A stretch of 64,000 nucleotides of DNA from Eledone cirrhosa (lineage: Eukaryota): assembly GCA_964016885.1 (NCBI GenBank), contig OZ024743.1, positions 57,288,001 to 57,352,000 on the forward strand, in the 5' to 3' direction. Numbering within the stretch: position 1 is the stretch's first letter; each line of letters starts with the position of its first letter. Below, piece after piece: positions 23,772 to 37,254 of the stretch. The translations under genes were made by a program, and so were the position numbers. The notes under the pieces are model-generated. The model ran no database searches. It was given only the letters and a program-made list of their open reading frames with translations, and was not told where the DNA came from.

Positions 23772-24993
23772 CCTTGAATCTCAGTCATTGATGTTGGTTA
23801 ACTGGAAAGTCCGTTGGAATGAATATCAAGCCACTACCTGCAGCCTCAGATATTCAGGACGTATCGGAGGGTTCTTGCTGTTCCCAGCAAGCATGCCTTT
23901 TGAAGCGTTCCAAAAAGCGTGAAGGGGCCGATTTTCTTTAACCATCCCTGGAAACTTTTGGAGATAGTCCCCAGTGCGCCTATGACAATCGGGATCACTT
24001 TGACTTCATGGCAGTTCCAAATCCTTTTTACCTCCCACTTTAAGTCTTGGTATCGGTTAATTTTCTCCCTCTCCTTCTCTTGCACTCTCGTGTCGAATGG
24101 GCAGGCCACATCCACAATCAGACACGCTCTTTTTTCTTTGTCCACAACCACCAGGTCAGGTATATTGTGTTCCAGTTTCTTGTCCGTCTGTATCCTAAAA
24201 TCCCACAGCACCTTCACCTGATCGTTCTCCATCACCGCCTCTGGCCTATGCTCATACCATTTCTCAGAATGTGGTAAATTGTTTACTTTGCACAGGTGCC
24301 AGTGGATCACCCTGCCCATCACATCATGTCTCCAGCCCTTATAGTGGGTCTGGGCTAGGTGTTTACACTCGGATACAATGTCAGCCACAGTCTCCTCTCT
24401 CTCTCCACAGATCCTGCACAGTGGGCTAGCCTCCTCCTTGTAAATATGGTGTTTCAACCACTTCGTTTTGAGGGCCTGCTCCTGCTCAGCCATTAACATT
24501 CCTTCTGTAGCCTTTTTGAGGTCTCCCCTTCTCAACCAGTTCCATGTCTGTGGATCTCTAAATTCAGTTTTCTCAAAGAAGGTACTATGAAGGGATTTTC
24601 CCTGAAGGCTGCTCTTTCTCCTTGATGTTATTTCCTCCTTGGACATCCCCTGGCCTACTGTCCCCTCCTTCAGTACAGTTCTGAGCATTGGCTCCTTACT
24701 ATCAGTCACGTATTTGTATAGGTTGTTTTTCTCCATCTGAACACAGTCCTCTATGCCGATAAGACCTCTTCCACCCTCAGATCTCCTGAGGTAGAGTCTA
24801 TCGACATCACTCCTCTTGTGGAACATGTTGTAGACAGTCAATAGCTTCCTAGTCTTCCTATCCATTTCTTTTTGTTCAGCAACATTCCATCTCAGAATTC
24901 CCGCACTGTACCTAATAATAGACACAGCTCGGGAATTTACTGCGCTTATGGCATTTCTGCTGTTCATATGTGACTTCAATACGCTCCTTACTC

Positions 24994-24994
<1 letters not shown>
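23772..24994 (-). mobile_element. R4/Dong element, 5'-truncated copy 3
   Basis: Open 377-aa C-terminal frame at 23846..24979. The 5' junction runs into (TTA)n at 24995-25043. Confidence 0.93.
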
Positions 24995-25043
<49 letters not shown>

Positions 25044-25251
25044 GGCGACCTACGTAGTAAATCGTATCATTGTGAGCTCCGCAAAGGTTTGTTATTTTCG
25101 TTTGTTAAAAATTGTCATTTATGGAAAATTTTATTGTTAACTGTTTATAAGCGCACATACATTGTTTTCCGAAAAGGACACCAAAAAAGATTGGGGCCTT
25201 GTGCCCAAAATTTAAACTTTTATTATTATCAAAAATTTCTTTGAAAAAAAA

Positions 25252-27239
25252 ATGGCTAATTCACCTCTGCACCAAGCAGCTGAAAGCCTTCCTCACAAAT
25301 TAACACCTCACACCGACACCACCATTGTAAATGTTACTACATTTGCCAATACAAAAAAAAATATAAGCAGTAGCAATATTTTAAATTTGTATCAGGCAGA
25401 CATTCAATTCACGCCATTACCAATGACTGCAGGTGTTAAAGCCTCCACCACCACCACCACCGCGTCAACCACCACCCCTACCACCACCGCGACAACAGAA
25501 ACAAAAGAAGAAAAAAATAAATTAACTCGTGATGTCGAAACGAAATCAAGCAAAATGGACTCTTCCCCACCAAAGACGACTGACGTCACCACCACCACAA
25601 CTGAAACTAAAATTAATATTAACACAAATAACGATAGCAACAACAACAACAATGACATTATAAAACCGACCCTCAGTTTCGCCAGAGTAGCAAAACAGTT
25701 CGAAGCATTTACGGTAACTCAGGAGGATTTAGAAAATGCCAAACAAATGGTAAAGAAAGATGGGTACAGGGTCAGCCTCACCCCCCCACCTAATAAAATG
25801 GAGCATCAGCGCCTATGCACCGTGTCGTATAGAACAATAAATGTAAAATCGCGCCGAGTGGAACGGGCATCCGAGTCCCAAATCCAAAAAGCTTTGGGAC
25901 ATGTGTGGGCAAGAAAAACCCACATCAGACGTGGGCAGAAGTATGGAACCGTGGACGTGTTCTTTGAAACACCAGAGGAGGCTAGAGAACACTCCATGGC
26001 CCCATTAAGAAGTGACGACTTCACACTCGTCCCAAGCTATTGTGGCCAGAGACTCGTAAAGATCAGGGTGACCCACGTTCCACCGGCCATCGAAATTCCC
26101 TGGCTAATAGCGGCCGTCCTCGCCGGCATCGAAGCCAACACAAAAATAATAGCAATAGCAAAAGAAAAGCAGGAGAACTGGTCCGGATCTGGGATGGAGC
26201 TCCTGATCCAAGCGGACCAAAAAAGCGTTGAGGAGATCCCAGAGGTAATAGACCTCACTGACGGCAGCCACCTCACGGTAATTGTCGAGGGCAGAAGACC
26301 TAGGTGTGTCGTTTGTGGTGAAGGAACCCACCTAAGGGCTTTCTGCCCTCAGGCTAAAAGGTTGAGGCCACCTCTCCTACCCACCCCAGTGACACAACCA
26401 TCAACACCACCAGTAGCAGAGATGGCAGCAACAACTGTAGCAGCAACAACAGAAGCAACTATAACAGCAACAACCGCAGCAACAGTAGCAAAACCAACAC
26501 CACCACCACCACCAGCAAAACCAACACCACCACCACCCAACGCTTCAGAACTAGCACCAGCGCCTACACCATCCACCACGCCACAACCAAAACTAACGCA
26601 TGTGGAGGATTTTCCACTCCCCGGCCTATCACAACTGGAGACAGATTGTGACGACGAGGAGTGGGAAACGATATCCGGAAAAAAAAAGGAAACCAAAAAA
26701 GAAAAAATTCTATTCCTTCCCCCTCCAAAAACAAAATACAGAGGGAAACAAATAAATTAAGAAACAAAAAAGTTAGGACAGATATGCCACCATCCACACC
26801 AGCATCACCAACCCCATCAACCCAAACACCAACACCATCACCATCATTAACCCCAACACCATCATCACCTACACCACAAAAGTCACCAAAATGCGAAACA
26901 GAAACAAACCCACAACAAACGCAAACAAAACAAAACAACCAAAACGATACACACTACACAGCATTAAATTTGAACAACAAGCAATTATTACACTACATCC
27001 AACACAACACCAGCATCACAGAAAAAGACTACACAACAACCCCAAAATTCACACCACCTCCACACATACAAATCACTCGCATCACACAGAAAACGTACAT
27101 GACACTAAAACAAAAATTCCCCAAAGACATCGGAGACTTCCGACAAGCACTCTCCAGGAGGATTTATAAGGACATCCTTCCTGAGGAGGCCACAAGCAGT
27201 GAAAAGGATGGAAAAACCGTCCTTCCCTACGAGAAGTAA
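25252..27239 (+). pseudogene. Tx1 copy D ORF1 (zinc knuckle), with one frameshift at an A-run near 26680
   Basis: CVVCGEGTHLRAFC knuckle. The C-terminal domain homologous to copies C and E continues in ORF 26661..27239. Confidence 0.85.
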
Positions 27240-27278
27240 GGTAAGTGGTCTTTCCCATCTTTTCCACTCCTTTTCAAC

Positions 27279-30200
27279 ATGACCTCACTCAGAATAGGCA
27301 GCATAAATGCGCGTGGCTTGGGGTCGTCATGGAAGCAGGGCCACCTGCTCAACGACCTCATGTCACTAAACATAGATGTAGTGGCCATCAGCGAGACCAG
27401 AATCTCCGAAGCACAGGCTTTCGCACCGATCCTCGGCGGCTACGATGTGTACGCATCTCCCAGCCGTCCGGGATCGGGGGGAGGAGTTGCTGTGCTTTTT
27501 CGGAGAGGTTTGGATCTTGCCATACGGGCCATCTTCATGGACCCAGAAGGTAAGTTGGTGGTGCTGGACGTGACCAGCGGAGACGGCCAAGCTTTCAGGT
27601 TAGTGGTCGTCTATGCCCCGACAGGAGCAGGGCGGCCTGATTTCTTCCGGCGTCTGGAGACCTTTCTTGGAACGTCCCGCTCTTTAGTGTTAGTGGGAGA
27701 CTGGAACGGGATTTAGATGCACGCTGGGATTGTGTGGGATTAGTGGATAGGGAAGGAGGGTGCAAGAGTCTCACCAACCTGCTCAGACGTTTTGAACTGT
27801 CTGACAGGTACCGAATGGATTTCCCGAATGTACCAATGTGGACTTGGACAAATCGCATAGGGTCATCCAGATCATATCCAGATAGAGTATTTTGTAGGGA
27901 AATAGATAGGTCTAGCATAGGCTGTCCACAATTCAAGATAGTCAGCTACACGGACCACAAATTCGTGATCTGTGTGCTTGACTTAGATAGGCTTCATAGA
28001 CGAGGACCCGGCTACTGGAAGCTAAACGCGTCCTTACCAGCGCGCAAGGCCTACAGAGACCGGATTAGCGAACTAGTTAAGCGGGCGTTGACGGGCGCCA
28101 TCGTCAACAACAAGTGGTGGTTTGCTCTGAAAAGAGCAATTAGAACAGAGTCCATTAGGTTTAGTAAGACTTTAGCAATAGAGAAAAATAGAGCAGAGGG
28201 AGAATTAGTTAGAAAATTAGATGAGGCGCTTAGCAAAGGCATCGCGACCGACGTACTTGCGGCGAAATTGGCCCTTGACCAATTCTTCAATGCAAAGCAC
28301 GAAGGCTGCGTTGTCAGAGCTAGGGTGCGTGCTCTCAGACACGAGGGGACGAAAGCCGTTCAATGGGCCCGAGTGGCGGAGGCGCGCCGTGGCAACAAAG
28401 CCACGATCCGGTCTTTGGTGGACCACGACGGGCGCATGCTACTCGATCCCGGGCAAATGTGTGAAGCTTTTCAGCGACACTTCGCTCAACTGTTCGGGGG
28501 CAGTGGCGAGCCGGATCGAGGGATGGACTTTAGTGTCTACCTCGACGGACTGCCGCGGCTTTCGGCCACTGAGGCGGAGTGTTGCGAAAAGCCGATAACA
28601 ACCGCTGAAGTACGGGAGGCAATGACTAGTTGCACAAGGGGTAAATCGCCTGGTTTGGATGGTCTGCCCTATGAACTTTACGTACAAATGCCAAACTTGT
28701 TCGGAGGCCTCTTGGCGGACGTCTACTGCAACTGGCAACAGAACCGGAAAATTCCCAGCTCTGTGAGCCGAGGAGCGGTGGCGCTGCTGAGAAAGGATCC
28801 GAACAAGGGGGATAACATAGATAATTTTAGGCCCATAACTCTGCTAAACACAGAGTTCAAGATTTTGGCGAAGGTGCTAGCAAAGAGGTTGGCGCTTGTC
28901 GTTGGTGGTCTGGTGGGAGAGGCACAGACATGCGCCATTCCCGACAGATCCATCCACGACAACCTCCACCTCATGCGATACATCGTAGAGAGGGTAGCTA
29001 GGGAACCTGGCACGGGTGGGTCTTTGATCAATTTAGATCAGTCGAAAGCCTTCGATAGGGTCGACCATCGTTACCTAGAGGCAGTCCTGAGGGCGGCTGG
29101 CTTTTGGCCCATCTTCAGAGGCTGGATCGCTGCCATGCACAGCAACATCTGCTCTGTAGTGAGAGTGAACGGTCACCTTTCGGAACCGTTCAACATTATG
29201 CGCTCGGTCCGCCAAGGATGTCCCCTCTCGTCCCTATTGTACGTATTGACTCTCGAGCCATTACTGCACAAACTGGAGACGTTGAGGGGGATCCCGCGCG
29301 AACTAGGATGCGGAAGATCCGTGTCAGCATATGCCGACGATGTCACCGTAGTGGTGTCGAACGCCAAACACATCGAGGCGATCGACACTACACTAAGAGA
29401 ATACGAAGCGGTGACAGGAGCAATGATCAACCAGGAAAAGTCAGTGGGCCTGCAGCTCGGCACCTGGAGAGGCAGGTCCATGCTGTCCAACAGCGTCGTC
29501 GGGCGCTGGACAGACGGACCGGTTAAATTGGTAGGGGTCTGGTTCGGTCCAGACCTCCAGACGGACAAAAACTGGGACGAGGTGACGAGCAGGGTGGCTT
29601 CTCTCACCCAGAAATGGGCCGAGAGGAAGCTATCCCTGAAAGGTCGAGCGGAGGTGGCTAACGCGTACATCGCGTCCGTCATCTACTACCGCCTGACCGT
29701 CTTACCTTGTCCAAAGCCCCGCCTGACTGCGCTGGAGCGTTTGCTCTTTCGCTTCTTGTGGAAGGGACGCGCTCCGATGGTCAGGCGGTCCATCTGCTGT
29801 CAACACCCGCTACGTGGAGGGCTGGGCATGCCGTGGCTGATGATGCGCAGGCACGCGCTCAGGCTACGACATCTCCACCTCTTCCTCGACGGTGATCAGG
29901 TGTGGTCGCCGTTTGCTAGACACGTTTTTCCCCAGCTCGTCTCCTTGACGGAGCTGCAGTCCTGGGTCAAGCGAAGACCGAGAGGGAGCGCTTGGAGACT
30001 GGAATGTCTTCAGGCGCTCACAGCTCTCGACCAATCGGGCAATGTGATCGGTGGAAACTCCACCTTGGCGTTCTATAGGAGATTAGTGGAGGGGAAGAGC
30101 GACAACGTACTTGGAGAAACTCTAGGCGTCGACGAAAATCAACTAGCCAATCTCTTCGGAAGGACTTTCGGGCCGGGGCCTATGGACAACTTCCAGAAAT

Positions 30201-30697
30201 CCCTGGCCTGGCAGTGCTACCGGGGTGCTTTGCCAGTTCGGGATAAACTTTACAGGCATGGAGGTGCCGTCAGCCGGGCATGTCCGAGATGCGCACAGGG
30301 CGACGAAACCGTCCTGCACGCACTCGTCCAGTGTCCGAGCATTGCTGACTTGTGGGTTTATGTCGAACACCTGCTGTCACGTGTAGGACGGATCCAGCTA
30401 TCAGCTGAGTCCATCGTGAGGATTGCCCCGCCCTCTTCCTTTAGCCGGGAAGGGCAGGCCGTTTTTATCTTTCTGGTGGCCATGGCGAAAGAGATAGTAT
30501 GGTGAACACGTTTGAAAGGGCTGAAGACGAGCACTTACCTCTTCGGTGATGCCCTGATTAACTTTTTCAAATTTCATCTGAAAAGGAAAATCAGGGTAGA
30601 GAGGGAAGTGCTCTCTTCCCAGCATTTTGTTGAAAGATGGGTGAGAGAAGCAAGTATGGCCCGAATGAATGGGCCTTCTCTGAGTATGTGTCTGTAA
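27279..30697 (+). pseudogene. Tx1 copy D ORF2 (APE-RT-CCHC), with a frameshift near 27711 and a TGG>TGA stop at 30503
   Basis: Motifs include NARGL, GDWN, TDH, QGCPLS, YADD and CPRC..ETVLHALVQC. Confidence 0.93.
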
Positions 30698-30976
30698 ATT
30701 AAAGTTGGAAAACTGGGAGAGGGCACTTGCCCTGGTGGCCAGGGCCACTGTGGTCTTTTAATGGGCTTTCTCCACAAATGTCCCTCGGAAGTCTCCCCCC
30801 TATTGGGGAATTTTTCTTTGTTATTTTATTTAATCCTCTATTTTTTTTTACACGCAGAAATGCCCATTTGTACCGTCCTGTATTGTCCTGTACTGTCCTT
30901 AATGTCTACTTTATGTGAACCCTTGTGGTTAATAAAGAAAACATTATTATTATTATTATTATTATTATTGTTATTA

Positions 30977-33008
30977 CTCTTTGAGTCTCAGTCATTGATG
31001 TTAGTTAACTGGAAAGTTTATTGAAATGAATATCAAGCCACTACCTGCAGCCCCAGTTATTCAGAACGTATCGGAGGGTTCTTGCTGTTCCCAGCAAGTA
31101 TGCCTTTTGAAGCGTTCCAAAAAGCGTGAAGGGGCCAATTTTCTTTAACCATCTCTGGAAACTTTTTGAGATAGTCCCTAGTGCGCCTATGACAATCGGG
31201 ATCACTTTGACTTCATGGCAGTTCCAAATCCTTTTTACCTCCCACTTTAAGTCCTGGTATCGGTTCATTTTCTCCCCCTCCTTCTCTTGCACTCTCGTGT
31301 CGAATGGGCATGCCACATCCACAATCAGGCACGATCTTTTTTCTTTGTCCAAAACCACTAGGTCAGGTCTATTGTGTTCCAGTTTCTTGTCCGTCTGTAT
31401 CCTAAAATCCCACAGCACCTTCACCTGATCGTTTTCTATCACCGCCTCTGGCTTATGCTCATACCACTTCTCAGAATGTGGTAAATTGTTTACTTTGCAT
31501 AGGTGCCAGTGGATCACCCTGCCCATCACATCATGTCTCCAGCCCTTATAGTGAGTCTGGGCTAGGTGTTTACACTCGGATACAATGTCAGCCACAGTCT
31601 CCTCTCTCTCTCCACAGATCCTGCACAGTGGGCTAGCCTCCTCCTTGTAAATGTGGTGTTTCAACCACTTCGTTTTGAGGGCCTGCTCCTGCGCAGCCAT
31701 TAACATTCCTTCTGTAGCCTTTTTAAGGTCTCCTCTTTTCACCCAGTTCCATGTCTGTGGATCTCTAAATTCAGTTTTCTCAAAGAAGGTACTATGAAGG
31801 GATTTTTCCTGAAGGCTGCTCTTTCTCCTTGATGTTATTTCCTCCTTGGACATCCCCTGGCCTATTGTCCCCTCCTTCAGTACAGTTCTGAGCATTGGCT
31901 CCCTACTATCAGTCACGTATTTGTGTAGGTTGTTTTTCTCCATCTGAACACAGTCCTCTATGCTGATAAGACCTCTTCCACCCTCAGATCTCCTTAAGTA
32001 GAGTCTATCGACATCACTCCTCTTGTGGAACATGTTGTAGATAGTCAATAGCTTCCTAGTCTTCCTATCCATTTCTTTTTGTTCAGCAACATTCCATCTC
32101 AGAATCCCCGCACTGTACCTAATAATAGACACAGCTCGGGAATTTACTGCACTTATGGCATTCCTACTGTTCAGATGTGACTTTAATACGCTCCTTACTC
32201 TCCGAATGTATTCAGTTCTTATCAATTCCTTCATTTTTTTGTTCTTGATGTCATCAGCCTCCAGAACGCCCAAATACTTGTATCCTTCCTCAGAGTCAAT
32301 TTCCTTTATCATCTCACCTGTTGGTACCTGGATTCCGTTGCTTCTGCTCAACTTACCCATCCTCATCACAATGACTCTACACTTATTAATACCAAATTGC
32401 ATACATATATCATTGCTGAAAATACGGACAGTGTCAAGAAGCACATCCAACTCCTTCTCACTCTTCCCGAAGAGATTAAGATCGTCCATGAAGAGGAGTT
32501 GTTTGATGGTAAGCCCTCCCTTTCCCAACCTGTACCCTGCTCTCACTTTTCGCAGTACACTGGTCAGGGGCATCAGGGCAAGGACAAACAACAGAGGGGA
32601 CAGACTATCTTCCTGGAAGATACCTCTCTTGATCTTCACGCTTCCCAAGGATTCTCCAGTTGATGTTAACTCTGTTTCCCAGGACTTCATACTTTTGCCC
32701 AACAACTGCCTGATGTTATCTGCCACCTTGAAGATCTCCAGGCTTTTGGTGATCCAAGAATGAGGCACCATGTCAAATGCCTTTTTGTAGTCTATCCATC
32801 CCATGGCAAGACCAGTGTGTCTCCTCTTGCAATTCATCATTACCATCTTATCAATAAGTAACTGGTCCTTTGTACCACGTGACTTCTTTCGGCATCCTTT
32901 CTGTTCGTCCGGTAACAAGTTGTTTGTGTGGAGGTGATGGTAGATTTCCTCAGACATAATGCTTGTCAACAGTTTCCACATGACGGACAGACATGTGATA
33001 GGTCTATA
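30977..33008 (-). mobile_element. R4/Dong element, 5'-truncated copy 4 (more divergent)
   Basis: 646-aa open frame at 31041..32981 running from RT to RLE. The 5' junction is at (TTC)7, 33010-33031. Confidence 0.92.
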
Positions 33009-33513
33009 ATTCTTCTTCTTCTTCTTCTTCTAGCAGTGAGAGTGTTGTTAGTATAAATATGTGAAGACGCGGGGTTCAGCTGTTAGGGTGTTTGGCTGGC
33101 AATCGAAACGGCGTGAGTTCGATTCTTGCTCGTGCATTGTGTTCTTGAGCAATATATTTAACATTTATTTCACATTTTCTCCAATTCACGCAGCTAGCAA
33201 AAAATGAGATATAACTGTAATTCAAAGAACAAGTCGTGTCAGACACTGTGTTAGGCTGAATCTCCCTGAGAAATACGTTAAGGATACAGGTGCTCGTTGC
33301 TCGTGTAGACTGTTCTGTTGGTCGAATTACTGGATCACGCTTCTTCAGAACTGATGGAGGTTCAAGACTGCACAAAAACGCTATTTTATCAAGTATTTAA
33401 AATAGTCAGGATATTGTTAGTTTAATTATATAGTAAACATATAGTTCAACATTTACTATGTGTATAGAGACATAACACAAGAGTGAGGGCTGAAAAGCGG
33501 AGTAAACTTTTTT

Positions 33514-33606
<93 letters not shown>

Positions 33607-35147
33607 GTGCGTGTTTGTGTGTTTGTGTGTGTGTGAGTTATAAAGATAAATGGGAATGTGAGATATAGCACGTATAGAAAGATAGCAATGCAGACTGATA
33701 TATATATATATAGAGAGAGAGTTTCTGAGATGAAAAAAAAAAAAAAGGACAGAGTGACAGAGCAAGAGATGAGATGAACGAATGTAGGAAGAAACGACGT
33801 GCTGAATTTGCTGAAATATTACGGAAGCTCAAACAGAGCAGAATCAATAACTGTATAGCAGAGCTAAGTGAAGGGAAATATGTAAAACAGACTGGAAATG
33901 ATGTGTGAAACATCAAGTGTTGTAATGTATGCAACCCACATTTTAATGATGGTTAACAACAAGAAAGCTAATTAGGTTACCGTGTAATTAATGTGAAACT
34001 TCAATTAATTACAATGAATGAATATTGTCTTTGTGCACGTGTGTGTTTGTGTGTGTTTTGTCAGTTGTGCAGACACCGAGTGGTTAAGCGGTTAGTTTCG
34101 CAATCATTTGGTCCTGTGTTTGATCCGACTGCTTAGCATTTTATGCAAATGTATTTTACCATTGCCTCGAGCCCACCCACACCTTGTGAATCAAAGTGAA
34201 CAAACAGAAACTGTTTGAAAGCCCGTCTAATGGACTGCACCTGTAAAGGACTGGCTTTGCCACACATTGTGATAATTACATTAAGGTTGCTTAGTCACCT
34301 TCACGTTAATTTCATGAGAAGGCTGTTCCATTGATCGAATCAACTGGAACACTTGTCGTCAGAAACAACGGAGCTCTAACACATACATTGGATGGGCGAT
34401 GCTTTTAATACATTAGGAAGTGGATTCTTATTTTATCATATCATGTAATTACTTTTAGAATGTGTCCAAATTCAGAGGTAACAATGTACGTCCTCTTGGC
34501 GATAACATATTTAAAAAAAATCATCTTTGAAACATTGGTAATCTACGTACCAAAGAGGCTATTCTCTTCATTAGAACGATATCAATCATAAATAGTAGGT
34601 GGCCATTGCACATGTCACCACTCCCCTGACCAAATTTTAACGCAATAAAGTATCGCTCTTTGCCAACACCATACTCATTTTTCCTTCTTTCGAAAAAGAG
34701 GTCTTAGTCTCGAAACGTGAAGAAATATAAAATAAAAATGTTAACGGTTGTTTTGCTTTGCTTTTCTTTCCTTACTCTAGTCTGGTTCCATTCGTGTATT
34801 TCTAATTTGTATTGTGCGGACTTTCCGGAAACATATGAATTAAAGACATTTACATACGAAATGCGATTCAGATTCAAAACCAATATCATGCCACAATCAG
34901 ATAGTAAGCTCACAATTTGTTTTAAAATAATCTAGATTTCGAATACACCGACCCATCATGTACACAGAGACACACACCCACATACACACACGCGTTCACT
35001 CGTATATACTTACATGCATACATATACACATACATGCATACATATGCACATACATATACACATACATACTTACACGGACACACAAACCTACATGCAAATA
35101 AACATATATACATAGATACACAATAATGATAGATGTGTGAAGGCTTG

Positions 35148-35520
35148 ATGTTCATAATTTATCTTATTACGTAAATTACTGTAATACGTATTTCTGTGGC
35201 GTTAATAACTGTGTAATGCTGTCAGTACGCAATCACCAACACGACTTCTTCAGACAGCACCTTATGCAATACACTTGTTATATAATATATTTTAAATGGA
35301 ATACAGGCTAGTGGTAAGGAAACGGACCTGTATTCGACGCTGCTCTTACAAAATCCATTCCCATATGCATTAAAAATATATTACATAACAAATGTATTAC
35401 CTAAGATGCTGGCCGAGGAAGTCATGTTGGTGATTGCGTGATGGCAGCATTACGTAATTATCAACGCAACAGAAATCCCTATTACAGCGATTTACGTTAT
35501 AAAATGAATTATGAATATCT
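35148..35520. mobile_element. Old fold-back/MITE-like element with about 150-bp diverged inverted arms
   Basis: 35148-35299 is an imperfect reverse complement of 35368-35520. Confidence 0.7.
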
Positions 35521-37254
35521 AGGAACGGGAAGGATACATATGACGTTAGAGCAGAGAGACGGTATCCCTTAGCTGGGCAGTGAAGTGAGCAACCACTGGT
35601 CTACAAAATGACTCAAATGGTTTGTGTTTATCACCTCTACCGGCCAAACTCCCTCACACGCGTCCCCGTCGGGACACAGGCTTCACTAAATTAGTTGGGT
35701 GTGAAAGCGCGAGAGCTCAGCGCTATAACCGATGCAATACTTGGATTGCACTATTCTAAAGTGCATATACTTGCGGCTGGGCACCACTTGTGAAACCAAT
35801 TGCCCGAAGAAACTCCATTGAAAAATGAACTTACACCGTGAATTCTTTCGATGGAGCCGGCTTAACCTACCTCGGGTGAATGCCACCAAAAGTACAAATA
35901 AGTATACGACGTTCAGTGCTTCAGAATAATTACATCATTATTTATTGAATAGAGTTTTGCAAATGCAACCACAGTTAGTCAACATTTTATAATATGTGTG
36001 TTTGTGTGTGTGTGTGCATATTATACCTTGTACATGCCAACTGTGTTAAATTTCGAAGCCTCATAAGTTATGTTATCAAAGATTTTGTCAATATTTATTT
36101 TATATGCCTTAGAGATGTCGTTTGGAATATAATGTCCACTGATGCTGTAAATATCTGGTGTTTGCAATAATTGTATATTTTATAGAAATCTATTTAGTGT
36201 TTTATATCGCAGGAAGAACGGCGTATTTCATTATCTGTCGAAATGTTATAATATTGGTTTCTAAGACGACATAACAATCTTCCCGTTCCTCAGTGGTAGG
36301 CCACTCATATCGGATGCAAGGCGTCGGAGTTCGTCAAGCCGAAAAGGGAATACATTCGAAAGTTTTGTGTTCAAATCTGTAGTACTGGAGACGTCCAGCA
36401 TTCTTGAACCCCGGGCCACATCTATACTCACTACCATCATGGCAGAGTTGGTTACCCGCAGGAGCAAGCCCTCCGGGACAGCGTTTCCTCCATTTTGTCC
36501 ACAAGAGAACGCACAAGAGAACGTCCCTTCACTCCGTCCGGATCCACATCATTGGGGTAGCGAATCGGTCAACTGTAAAATTAGATAGATAGATAGGCAG
36601 AAATTATTTCCCTCTCAATGCTGGAACTTTGGAATTGTACCTCTATTTCATTGAATGTTATTTAATTGTAACAAAAAGTTTATATAAAAAAAACCCATTA
36701 AGACAGATGTCCTTCAATGTTAAAGTGTGTGTGTGTTTGACGTCCACTGGGGGAAGACAATATCAGTCCAAGAACCAAGGAAGTCAAAGACTCAATATCT
36801 ATAATACATAGATACTTGAGAGGAGAGATGAAGGCATGTGGCTTATTGGTTAGGGTATTTAATTCATGAGTGTGAGGTCGATTACCGGCGGTGCGTCACC
36901 TTCGTTAACAAGACACAATGTTTCAGGCATTTTCAATCAATCGGCTAGAATAAATGAGTTGTATCTTAATTTTATCCAATTACTTGACTGATACTTCATT
37001 TTATCGACCTGGAAGGATGAAAAGCAAAGTTTACCTTGGCTGTATTTGTATTCAGAAAGTAAATGGCCGTAACCAAATGCGTAAATCATTTTTCCTAACG
37101 CTTTAGTGATTTTGCCAATTCACCGTCTTCACACATGAAAATGATAGAATATTGAACAACACATCTACAGACAGATTATTACTTCTGGTGGGACTTTATC
37201 AACTTAGAGATAAGTTTATAATTTTATAAGTATATTTGAACATACGATCGCAAA

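Larger units (their letters stand above)
25044..30942 (+). mobile_element. Tx1-like element, second family, full length, inserted in (ATT)n (copy D)
   Basis: 5' UTR, ORF1, ORF2 and AATAAA at 30931-30936. (ATT)n lies on both sides. Confidence 0.93.

Noticed and set aside
22934-23788. 284-aa ORF with a poly-Ile/poly-Arg N-terminus
   Set aside because: The leader is translated (TAA)n(GAA)n junction sequence fused to a truncated Dong copy.
26670-26700. Possible programmed -1 frameshift (A AAA AAG) in Tx1 D ORF1
   Set aside because: A homopolymer indel or sequencing error is simpler. The copy has other lesions, and copies C and E do not show the same site.
35215-35260. CUGAAGA hammerhead-like motif on the minus strand of the fold-back arm
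   Set aside because: The GAAA box and stems I and III cannot be identified.
36455-36575. In-frame TGA before PIRYPNDV...CSCG read as selenocysteine or an edited stop
   Set aside because: No recognisable selenoprotein motif and no convincing SECIS element.
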